DNA of 59,379 nt from a virus (taxonomy: Duplodnaviria; Caudoviricetes). The notes below the pieces were generated by a model. That model was not told the origin of the DNA and ran no database searches. It saw nothing but the letters and a program-made list of their open reading frames with translations. The stretch is taken from the IMG/VR virus record IMGVR_UViG_3300020420_000015, positions 1 through 59,379 of that record; one strand, 5' to 3'. Each line of letters begins with the position of its first letter. The first letter of the stretch is position 1. Positions 35,420 to 44,711 of this stretch are shown one piece after another. The position numbers and the translations under genes were made by a program.

Positions 35420-35770
35420 ATGAAATTTAATAGCGATTTCAAATATGATTTAGAGGTTGGGCAAGTAGAAGAAAAGCGGCTTGCCCAACTTTTGTCTGGG
35501 GCTACAATAGAAGTTAAAAGAGACTTCTTGGCTCACAAAACTGGCAATGTTTTTGTTGAGTATGAGAGCAGAGGAAGGCCTTCTGGTATATCAACAACTC
35601 AGGCACAATACTGGGCTTTTATGCTGGAAGGTGACACAATCGTCATAATCAAGACAGAAAGGCTAAAAGATAAATGTCGTGCGGAGTTCCAATCTGGCAG
35701 AACAACATCAGGTGGCGATAGCGACACAAGTAAAGGCGTATTGTTGCCAGTATCTCAACTTACTTTATAA
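35420..35770 (+). CDS. Small PD-(D/E)XK nuclease-fold protein
   Basis: DL..GQ..E...IEVK.D...TGNVFVEY...G.PSGI.TT. Confidence 0.7.
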   Translation: MKFNSDFKYDLEVGQVEEKRLAQLLSGATIEVKRDFLAHKTGNVFVEYESRGRPSGISTTQAQYWAFMLEGDTIVIIKTERLKDKCRAEFQSGRTTSGGDSDTSKGVLLPVSQLTL

Positions 35771-38700
35771 GACCAGCATCTCTCATTATCTTGTTGGCAT
35801 CTTTTACAACAGCACTTATGCGCTCGTTGATGTTTTTAATTAAGACTCTTTTCTGATTTTCTGGCACTACAGGAGAACGATTTATCTTGTTCTTCTGTCG
35901 AAGTAACTTGTTTCTAAAGTTGTTTAAGGCTCTTATTTGTCCAGCTACAGAAAGTTCTTCTCTGTATTTTGACATAACTTCTCTAACACGAGCCTCGTCA
36001 CCGCCCTGTCTTGCAAACTTTAATTCTTCTACTGCTCTATACACATCATCTCTTAGTTGCATAAATGCGCTGGTGTCTTCTTGTGTTGATGGAGATATAT
36101 AAAGCCTTCTGATGAACGGTATCTCCTTAACAACATCACCCTCAAAATCACCTCTCAAAGCATCTACGATGTTTTTAGGAAGTTCTGCGGTTCTCAAGGC
36201 AAAAGCACCAGCACCACCTGTAAAATAATTACCCCAGTATTCCAATATGTTTGGAGACACATCAATAAGGCCCGGAGTTATCTCTGTGCCGCCTATTGAA
36301 TTTAAAGCATTACTGATTGTTTTTGCTGTAGTGCTGGTGTTTGCCCAATACTTTTGAGAGTCAGGTCTTTGCACACCGAAAGGAGAGCCTTCTTTGTATA
36401 TTGGTACTCCTTTAAAGTTTCTGTTTGCCAACAATTCAACAAACGGGTCTCCCACTTCTGGTGACACAAGTGTTGCATAATCCACAGGCTCACTAAAATC
36501 ATTTATGCCGCCAAATGGACTAATTGCATCTAGGAATGTACCCATCGCTGAGTTGAACGCTTGTCCGCTGGAATACTCACCTCTTGAATATCTACTTAAA
36601 ACACGACCAAAATTAGTCGCCATGTTTAATCCATACGCCAGTGGTATTTTTATAAACTTTTCATCACCCGCTACGCCAAATGTAGGAATTATTATGTTAT
36701 GCTCTAAGTGATAGTCTATGAGTTCATCGTAGTCTTTTTGACCGTCATCATCCTCATCACCAGATATTGCGGCATTGAACTGGTCCATCAGTATGCCAGA
36801 CAGCAACAGGCCAGCCCATATCTTTCTTACATTTTTAGACCTGACTGCGGCATTCATTAGGGCAAAGGAGCCTTGCAGGGATGCGTTGTAGAAAAGGTAC
36901 AGCGCATTCATTAACTTTTTCTCTTCGCCAGCTTTGGCAAAGTTTACTGTTACATTTCTTGCGGCTTGAGCTGCCCTTGCTTCAGGGATTCCTCTGTCTA
37001 TTAAGGCTTGGAACGTGGCAACACGGACACCGTTTTCAATGGCTGTGTTATAGTCATCAAGAAACTTTAGCAACTTGTTAAAGCCAATCTTATTTAGGCC
37101 CAGTTTATTTTTTATACCTGTCCCAGTTATATCGTCTAGAAGACCTTTTAGATTACGCATCTGGTCTTCAACGCTATCTACTTGGTTGGTAGAGTTTTTA
37201 CCCCCTGCCTTAACAAATCTTTCAAATGCATCTGTCCAATCTGTTCGCCCATACTTTTCAAAATCATCTGCTCTTAGCTTGCCAAGTATACCTCTTACAG
37301 CAGGCAGTGCATTTTTCATTACTTCTTTGGTCATCGGAGGCTGGTTTTCATACTGAGCCACGTTCACACCAGCAGTCTCCAAGTCACGGAAGAAGTTTGG
37401 AATGGTAAATGATGGGTTGTATGTTGTGTTGATGCTAGACAAGAACCTGTTAAATTTACCTAGCTTGTCAACGACCCAACCACCTCTGCTTATACCATCA
37501 CCGTAAGCACCCTTCATGGCACGGGCAATTCTATCGTCAAATATTAGAACATTAACACGCTCTTTCTGACCGCCTATCTTTACTCTTAATATATTATTTT
37601 CTAACTCTGGGTCATACTCAGTTAGAACCTCTGCAATGCCTGTTGTGTTGATGTCCTTGTCCTGTACAAGATTTAGAAACGACTGACCAACTAGATTTCT
37701 CTCTGCATCAACTATCGTTCTTTGATTTTGGTTCATCACATTAGCAATGATATTTTCTGCATATTGTGTGCCTCTACCCTGTCTTATTCTAGGGTCTTGT
37801 GCAATTCGACCACCGTACAAATTTTGATAGCGTCTGGATGTAATTCTTGGAAGATTGCTAGCATCCTGCTCTATCTCTTCATCAACATCTAAAAGGCCAC
37901 GCAAAGGAACGTAGAAATCAAACTCGTACTCGCTAACCATTAAGCCGCCTCTGCGGCGCTCTTCGTTAGTGCTTTCTATGACCTTTGAAACAATGCCTGC
38001 TATTCTGTTGAAGGTTGCTCTGGATTCTAAATCTAACGTGTCCACCCAATCAATGATTGCTTTGGCTTCTTCGTTTGACATACCAGAACCCATGCCACGA
38101 TTAAATTTATCTTGCACATATCTGTTACGTTCTATGGCATGTTTGGCGTATAGAAATGCCTCCACAGCGGCAAGCTGGTCTGTGTATGTTTCTTTTGCCC
38201 TTGCGTCTCTAAAGAAGCCAGAGATGACATCTAAAGTTTTATACTGAGCATCTGACAAAGATACATCTCGTATGTTTTCACCAATAGGCTCAAACAAATT
38301 CTCTCTGTTTTCGTCTAGCTTTGCACCTATCAGACCTTGAGAAAGCTCCTCACGCATGTACACATCCAGAGCATCACTAACCTTGTAGCCATCTGCCCTT
38401 AATTCATCCATTAACTTTCCTACCGGAAGCATGGCATCTTGAAATTTGGTTAGAAATCTCTCTGACCTAGCGCGAATTACTTCAGACTTCTCATCACCAA
38501 CAAATTTACCAAGAAATTTACTCAACACGTTTGCAGTGTTGTTGTAAGTTACACGGTCTATAAACTCTTCAACCTCTGCGGTTGCCTGAGCAATAGGCGG
38601 CTGTGCTGTTTTAGGAACATCTACGACTTGTGCTTGAGAAAATCTTCTTACGCTTTCTCTTCTAACGAGCGTTTCAAGTCTTTCTGAGAATTCATCGAGT

Positions 38701-41700
38701 TCTCTCCTGAAAGCACTTGGAGCAATCGAGAGGTCTTCTGCGCCATAGATTGGCCTCTGTTCAACTGTACGTTCATCGCTCTCTGCGCGGCTTCTAACAA
38801 TTTCGACTTGTCTTTCATATCCACCTTCCTCTAATATTTTTTTGTAAGCACCATTTGAAAACAAAGTTGCAAAGTCAGGAACATCTGCAATATCAACATC
38901 TGTTATAAGACCTTGTTTTAATAAATCTGTCGCTGAAAGACCTGAGCCACCTTCACTTCTTCTTCTCTCAACTATGGCCTTTGACACACTCCAAACAGTT
39001 TCCTGTATTTCTGATGGACTCCATTGGTCGCCAGTTATTTGACTAGCGGCCTCTGCGGCCTGCCTAACTTTTGCCGAAAACCCAATATATCCACTACTTT
39101 TTATGCCTAATTCACCAATCTCATCTCTGATTGCCTTTCTTTTAGACTCTGAAAATCTATCTTTGTCTATCAGTGCATAATTAGCCATCCATGTGTCATT
39201 GGTGACTTCATCTACAGCGCCAAGAAGATTTAACATAAATGAATTTACTTTAGGTCCGGATATTCTAAGGCTCATCTCAGTGCCTTCTGGGGCAGAAAGC
39301 GCTCTAATTGAATTATTTATCCAAGCTGGCAACACTGATTCAGTGCCTTTGTCGCCTTGCACTGACTCTCCCATTATTCTCATAATGCTTTGTTGGTCTT
39401 TTGGTCGGCCTGATTTATTCCAATTAACCCATATGTTAAGCGTGTTAATTGCGTTTGACTCAACTGATGTTTGTGGAGATGTTGCGGCTAGTAACGCTGT
39501 AAATCTTCTTGCGTCATACAGGCCAAAGAAATCTTGTATTGCTTGTGCGGAGTTTCTGTACCAACCCTTCTTTGCTCTGCCAGCAACAGCAACAGAACCC
39601 ATCTCCTCTGCGCTTGGAATTTCTGTAAATATGTTTACGATTGCTTGAATGCGGTCATTGACATGATGTTTCATGCCAGTTTCTGTTAGCTCTATCTCAT
39701 CTTCGAGCATGTACGGCAGAATATCTGCATATCCCCCGGGCAGGTTTCTTCTGGATTCTTTAACCTCGGACGATTTTTTGCCTACTGGACTTACAGATAA
39801 CCTGTTAAATACTGCCGCCGCCATACCATAATCAGCTTTAGCAAAATATCCCACATACCCAGCGTCCTTTATCATCTTCTCCGTTTGTGTAACAACAAAC
39901 TGATTTATGTAAAGTTCTGGGTTGTTAATATTTTCTATTGATATCTCTCTGACCTTATCTGTAACCATAGCCTCGGCCTTTGCCTTGAAGCCATCTGGGT
40001 CTTCTATAAAGTCATACAGTCCATCTACAGGTATAAAAGTTTCATAGGCATTTTCGCCAGCAAGCCATTCTTTTCTATAGCCCTCTGGGTAACCTACATT
40101 TAATCCGTAGTAACTTCTTGCTTGGAAATCATTGGGGAAGCTGACACGACGAGTATACTCTTCCCCCTTTGCATTGTAGTTAGTGCCTTGTCTCTCTGGC
40201 TCGACTACATCTATAGCACCTTCTTTAGAATAATGTACAAGTCTTGTTAGGCCTTTTTCATCAGTTCTGGGTTTTGTGACTTCAAAATCACTTTCTTCGC
40301 TCTCTGAAACCTCGCCTCCAACGCCCGCTTGTCCATCTCTAATTCTTGTGCCTGCTCTGGTGTTTGGCCCGACAGTTCCTGACGGATAATTTCGTCTGCT
40401 TTCTCTTGAATTTTTGACATCGCTATTTGACTCCATGTCTGGAGCAACGCCTTCTTCAACAACAAAATCTGGCAAAAGAGTTATCTTTTGTTCAGCATAA
40501 ACTGTGTCAGATGGATTTGCTCTGTTCTGTTCTCCCATCGGCCCGAAGTTGACCCAAGAGTTTTGACCTCTTGTTTCTGTAGTCATGGCACGAGCCGCAA
40601 GAGGAGTATACATTCTTACATGCGCTTGCCAAGCATTTTCTTCACCACGGGCAGTGAAGGTGCTTCCCTCAAGCCCGTGACCAAAATAATCATGAACAAT
40701 ACGGAAGACATCATTAACACGCATATCAACGCCATCAACGACTTCATTGGCTCTTTTTAGTAATGGATTTGCGGCTTCGTCTGCTTCTGTTATTGCTTCT
40801 TGACCAAACCCATCATCCGTTGGAAATACCCATAGATGATTGTTGTCCCTTATGTCTATCAGGACATCTCTGCTTCCATTTGGATAAGGGTTCTCTTGGT
40901 CCAATCTTATAAATTCAATTTGTACCCCAGTATCTTTTACAAATTGCCATTGAGCCAAAGTCTCTTCTGCCATTGCGTTGTAAGCGGCACGAGTTTCTGG
41001 GTCAGTTGAGTTGTCCTTTGCCTCTTCAAAAGCTGTGGCAATGCGACCAGCTAAGTCTTTATCTACTTCAACGTAAACTGACTGCCTGCGGTTAGGCATG
41101 TCTACAGACTGTAAATATCTTGTTTTTGCATCTACGACCTGTGGTATTGGCCCGATAAGATTAGACGGTAAATTATCAAGGCGGCGTATAGAATATCTAA
41201 ATCCAGACTTTGCAGAAAATTTAGGATTTCTTGCCAATACAAGAGGGCCAACTTGAACAACAAAATCTGCCGCAATCACAGGCTGTGTTGTCATTCTGTC
41301 ATAAAAGTAGGAGTGACGCTCAGGGTCCATCCCAACTTGAACAACATCTGGGTCATTCATCATTTGTTGTGCAAAGGCAAATGCCTCGTCTGGAGACATT
41401 TTTACATATTTACCTTGCATTGTAGCGATGGTGCTTTTTTCTTTTCCGGTTGCAATTTTTTCTGCCGCCCGTTCTGACATCCCAAAAAGCGCATCTGTTA
41501 TAACCGCTGTGGAATCATAGCCCAAAGCTTCGCCAGCCATAAGATTTTCAGGTATAGCAACAGTGGCGTCCACAAACTTACCATCAACTTGCACTCTGCC
41601 AGAGCCTTCGCGGAACTCAAGATTCTCTAGTTTTTTAATGTTAGGCTTGTGATATGAAACAATCCATGTGCCGTTATCCCTATAAGATGGTATGTCAAGC

Positions 41701-44700
41701 CTTATTCTTACGATATCCCCATCACTCAATATTTGTGACGGCACTCCAACTAAAGTTGACTTTTGGACTTTCTTTTCTCCGGTTCTTGGGTCTGTTGCAG
41801 TGCCAGATATGGAATCCACCATGTTCTCGTATGATTCAGGGGCAGGAACCGTTTCATATGGTATAATTGGCTTAAACTCGTTTACCAGCTTATCGTATCG
41901 CTCGTAATTAATTTCACCTTCAGATAATTTGTTTGCCGCATCTTTGAGTTCAGGTATGCGCTTGGTTACATCCTTAAACGATTGCTCTATCCGCTCTATA
42001 TTGCCACGCTCAGGAATTAAAAATCCTGCACGGACACCAGCAGTAGAGTAACGAGTTTCATTTAATGCCTGTCTTGCCAGATTAATGTTTCTATTTCTGC
42101 GTCCAATCTTTCCAGATTTTATGCCTTCAAATATTTCTGCGGCCTGATTAAATCCAGCTTCTTTATGGGCTGTAAATATAGATTTAAAGAAGTTTACTAT
42201 TCTGCCAAATAAAGTTTTTGGCTTGCCGCCAAGGCGTAGTTTGCCTTCAGCGTATGCACGGAACATTTCTGCAACAGCTTCTTCTTGCTGAAGCTCTGGG
42301 TCCGCATCAGGGTACATGTATTCCGCACGGTCAAGAAAAGTATATTCACGCTCTCTCTTAGCGCCCTTTATGTCCTTTACATACTTTCTTTTCTCTGCGG
42401 CTTTTACAAGTATCTGATATTCCTGCTCCGTAAGAAGGCCTAAATTTTTTATTGCGTGAATGACCTCATGGTTCATAACTGCGGCTAGTCTTTGTTCTAG
42501 CTCTGCGTCACTCATGTTGGGGTCGTATAGGTCCATAGCAAGAGTGATAATTCTCTTGCCGTCCTCTGTTTGCTCAAATGTTCCCTCTGCAAGAGATAAG
42601 TTGTCAGCAGGGATTACATTAGTGGTTACTAACTCTACATCTGTTAGCCCCATCTTAAATAATAGTTTACGAAGGGCGTTGGCTACACGTTGTTTTTTTC
42701 TGCTGTACTCAGGTGTGGGCTGTGTGGCTTCTTCGGCGGCTTTTCTAGCATCGTTTGCCCTTAATTGAAGCGCAGAGTTTTGCTCTGACGGGGGTGGCGA
42801 TATATCTTTTCTGGCATCTATAGCCCTTGAATACCCGTCCACTTTTTCTTGTGCGGTTTCTAATTCACGCTGTTGCTCTGGCGTTTGCACACCTTGCTTT
42901 TTTATTTTATCTAATTTTTTTTCCGCATCCAGCTTTTGCTTTTGTAGCTCAAGAAGATTGTCTTCTCTTTGCTTTGCAGCAACTTCCTCTGGGCTTGGAG
43001 GTGTTGGTTCTTTAGCTGGGTTTACAACTTTAAATTCAGTTGGGCTTATAGGTGTTATGACACCTCTTTTTGTAAGGTCTTCTATAATGCCTGTGGCTAT
43101 ATTGTCCCTTACTTTTAAAGCTTCTTTTAATTTCTTTTTGCTTACCGCACCGTCTTTTCTTACGGCAACACCGCTTTCAACTGCAAGTATTGCCGCCTCT
43201 CTTGACTTGGATACTTCCTGTTCAAATTCTTTTTGCTCTTTTAATTCTTCTTTTTCCTCTGCCGTTAGCTTTTTGTCTGCTGTAGCAGGGTTGAGTTTGG
43301 CATTAGCCCTGTTATATGCCTCAATACCAAGAACAGATTCTATTTCTGATAACGGTGCTGGTTTATCTATGTCAGGTTGACCATTTCTTTGGCGGTTCAT
43401 GCGAATAACCTGAGCCTCAGCATCCGGCAACTCATCTAGCTCTACTTCAAACCTACCAGCCAAGGCTTCTTTAGCGGCCTGAATGCCCACTTGCCGCTCT
43501 TTATCTGGATTTAACCCAAGGCCCAGAATATTTTCTTTTACCTGTTTTCTTTTTTCAAGGGTTTCGCTTGGTGTGTCTGGTTGGTCTGCTAACTCTGGAG
43601 ACGGGAGAGCAAGTCTTGGTGCTTCTATAGCTAATTGACCTTCTGGAATCTCATTTCCATCTGCGTCAAACCTTCTGCCATCCATAGAAGCTCTACCACG
43701 AGCCGCCATTTCTGCGGCCTCTACACCTTCTTCTTGCTGGTCCGCAACCAGTTGTGCCTGTCCTTTAAGAAACTTTTTAACTCTTCTCCCGGCTATTGTT
43801 TCCAACAGGAAGTTGAATGTAGCACCAGCACCACCACCATAAATTGCATCATCTTTGTATGCACTTGCCGCAATTTCAAGGTCAGGATTGTAAAATCCTT
43901 TTTCCGTAAGGTCTTGAAGAACAGCGGCCGTAACTTCTTGGCCACCTTCCGCAAGGCCAGCAACGCCAGCAGACTTGAGCCTACCTCTGATTGTTTTTAC
44001 TGCTTCTTGTTTTGCGTCTTTTGGAACTTTCTTTAAGATATTTGCTAATGCACCAAATACCCTGCCAACAGGCAACGCTTCAGTAGCGCCAATAGCCCCA
44101 CCTGTGAGAATTGCAAGTTGTTTTGAGTCAACATCTTTGCCCTCTTCTAGTGCGCGACCAATACGCTCGTATTGATTTTGTGCGCCAAGAGAAACACCCA
44201 TCGCACCAGCGGCGGCAGTTCCAGCTAATCTAGTTGCAGTTACGCCAGCACCAGCGGCTGATGCTAGCTTCATGCCCCCAGCGGCAGGCACAAGAAACGA
44301 TGCAAGAGAACCAATGGCTTGACCAGACTTGCTCATAATATTGTCATCCGGTGTGCCAACAACGTACTCAACACCAGATTGAAGTGCATCTGTTATGCTT
44401 TGTCCTGCCCGTTCTAAACCTGATTGGTCGCCGGGAAGAATCGCCTCTGTCAATGAGGCTAGACCGCCCGGAATCTGGGCAAAACTATTACCAAAGCCAT
44501 ACGCTGTTCCCTGTATAAGGTCGCCTATGCCACCAACAGTATCTTCTTCTATAAGTTCTGGTTTTTCTGTTTGAAGAAAGCCCTCTCTTCTAGCCATTTC
44601 GGCTAGAATTTTGGTCTTTTCCTCTGGTGTGGGGTCTGACCCAGCAATGCTAACAGGATAGACCTTGCCTGTGTTCGGGCTTGTTGCATAAATAGTACCC

Positions 44701-44702
44701 AT
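35760..44702 (-). CDS. Giant (2980 aa) internal virion/polyvalent protein
   Basis: Last gene of ejection cluster; Gly/Ala-rich hydrophobic N-region, HEVIH zincin motif, several inserted domains, LPD38-like C-terminus. Confidence 0.8.
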   Translation of the reverse strand: MGTIYATSPNTGKVYPVSIAGSDPTPEEKTKILAEMARREGFLQTEKPELIEEDTVGGIGDLIQGTAYGFGNSFAQIPGGLASLTEAILPGDQSGLERAGQSITDALQSGVEYVVGTPDDNIMSKSGQAIGSLASFLVPAAGGMKLASAAGAGVTATRLAGTAAAGAMGVSLGAQNQYERIGRALEEGKDVDSKQLAILTGGAIGATEALPVGRVFGALANILKKVPKDAKQEAVKTIRGRLKSAGVAGLAEGGQEVTAAVLQDLTEKGFYNPDLEIAASAYKDDAIYGGGAGATFNFLLETIAGRRVKKFLKGQAQLVADQQEEGVEAAEMAARGRASMDGRRFDADGNEIPEGQLAIEAPRLALPSPELADQPDTPSETLEKRKQVKENILGLGLNPDKERQVGIQAAKEALAGRFEVELDELPDAEAQVIRMNRQRNGQPDIDKPAPLSEIESVLGIEAYNRANAKLNPATADKKLTAEEKEELKEQKEFEQEVSKSREAAILAVESGVAVRKDGAVSKKKLKEALKVRDNIATGIIEDLTKRGVITPISPTEFKVVNPAKEPTPPSPEEVAAKQREDNLLELQKQKLDAEKKLDKIKKQGVQTPEQQRELETAQEKVDGYSRAIDARKDISPPPSEQNSALQLRANDARKAAEEATQPTPEYSRKKQRVANALRKLLFKMGLTDVELVTTNVIPADNLSLAEGTFEQTEDGKRIITLAMDLYDPNMSDAELEQRLAAVMNHEVIHAIKNLGLLTEQEYQILVKAAEKRKYVKDIKGAKREREYTFLDRAEYMYPDADPELQQEEAVAEMFRAYAEGKLRLGGKPKTLFGRIVNFFKSIFTAHKEAGFNQAAEIFEGIKSGKIGRRNRNINLARQALNETRYSTAGVRAGFLIPERGNIERIEQSFKDVTKRIPELKDAANKLSEGEINYERYDKLVNEFKPIIPYETVPAPESYENMVDSISGTATDPRTGEKKVQKSTLVGVPSQILSDGDIVRIRLDIPSYRDNGTWIVSYHKPNIKKLENLEFREGSGRVQVDGKFVDATVAIPENLMAGEALGYDSTAVITDALFGMSERAAEKIATGKEKSTIATMQGKYVKMSPDEAFAFAQQMMNDPDVVQVGMDPERHSYFYDRMTTQPVIAADFVVQVGPLVLARNPKFSAKSGFRYSIRRLDNLPSNLIGPIPQVVDAKTRYLQSVDMPNRRQSVYVEVDKDLAGRIATAFEEAKDNSTDPETRAAYNAMAEETLAQWQFVKDTGVQIEFIRLDQENPYPNGSRDVLIDIRDNNHLWVFPTDDGFGQEAITEADEAANPLLKRANEVVDGVDMRVNDVFRIVHDYFGHGLEGSTFTARGEENAWQAHVRMYTPLAARAMTTETRGQNSWVNFGPMGEQNRANPSDTVYAEQKITLLPDFVVEEGVAPDMESNSDVKNSRESRRNYPSGTVGPNTRAGTRIRDGQAGVGGEVSESEESDFEVTKPRTDEKGLTRLVHYSKEGAIDVVEPERQGTNYNAKGEEYTRRVSFPNDFQARSYYGLNVGYPEGYRKEWLAGENAYETFIPVDGLYDFIEDPDGFKAKAEAMVTDKVREISIENINNPELYINQFVVTQTEKMIKDAGYVGYFAKADYGMAAAVFNRLSVSPVGKKSSEVKESRRNLPGGYADILPYMLEDEIELTETGMKHHVNDRIQAIVNIFTEIPSAEEMGSVAVAGRAKKGWYRNSAQAIQDFFGLYDARRFTALLAATSPQTSVESNAINTLNIWVNWNKSGRPKDQQSIMRIMGESVQGDKGTESVLPAWINNSIRALSAPEGTEMSLRISGPKVNSFMLNLLGAVDEVTNDTWMANYALIDKDRFSESKRKAIRDEIGELGIKSSGYIGFSAKVRQAAEAASQITGDQWSPSEIQETVWSVSKAIVERRRSEGGSGLSATDLLKQGLITDVDIADVPDFATLFSNGAYKKILEEGGYERQVEIVRSRAESDERTVEQRPIYGAEDLSIAPSAFRRELDEFSERLETLVRRESVRRFSQAQVVDVPKTAQPPIAQATAEVEEFIDRVTYNNTANVLSKFLGKFVGDEKSEVIRARSERFLTKFQDAMLPVGKLMDELRADGYKVSDALDVYMREELSQGLIGAKLDENRENLFEPIGENIRDVSLSDAQYKTLDVISGFFRDARAKETYTDQLAAVEAFLYAKHAIERNRYVQDKFNRGMGSGMSNEEAKAIIDWVDTLDLESRATFNRIAGIVSKVIESTNEERRRGGLMVSEYEFDFYVPLRGLLDVDEEIEQDASNLPRITSRRYQNLYGGRIAQDPRIRQGRGTQYAENIIANVMNQNQRTIVDAERNLVGQSFLNLVQDKDINTTGIAEVLTEYDPELENNILRVKIGGQKERVNVLIFDDRIARAMKGAYGDGISRGGWVVDKLGKFNRFLSSINTTYNPSFTIPNFFRDLETAGVNVAQYENQPPMTKEVMKNALPAVRGILGKLRADDFEKYGRTDWTDAFERFVKAGGKNSTNQVDSVEDQMRNLKGLLDDITGTGIKNKLGLNKIGFNKLLKFLDDYNTAIENGVRVATFQALIDRGIPEARAAQAARNVTVNFAKAGEEKKLMNALYLFYNASLQGSFALMNAAVRSKNVRKIWAGLLLSGILMDQFNAAISGDEDDDGQKDYDELIDYHLEHNIIIPTFGVAGDEKFIKIPLAYGLNMATNFGRVLSRYSRGEYSSGQAFNSAMGTFLDAISPFGGINDFSEPVDYATLVSPEVGDPFVELLANRNFKGVPIYKEGSPFGVQRPDSQKYWANTSTTAKTISNALNSIGGTEITPGLIDVSPNILEYWGNYFTGGAGAFALRTAELPKNIVDALRGDFEGDVVKEIPFIRRLYISPSTQEDTSAFMQLRDDVYRAVEELKFARQGGDEARVREVMSKYREELSVAGQIRALNNFRNKLLRQKNKINRSPVVPENQKRVLIKNINERISAVVKDANKIMRDAGLIK

Positions 44703-44711
44703 AACTCAACC

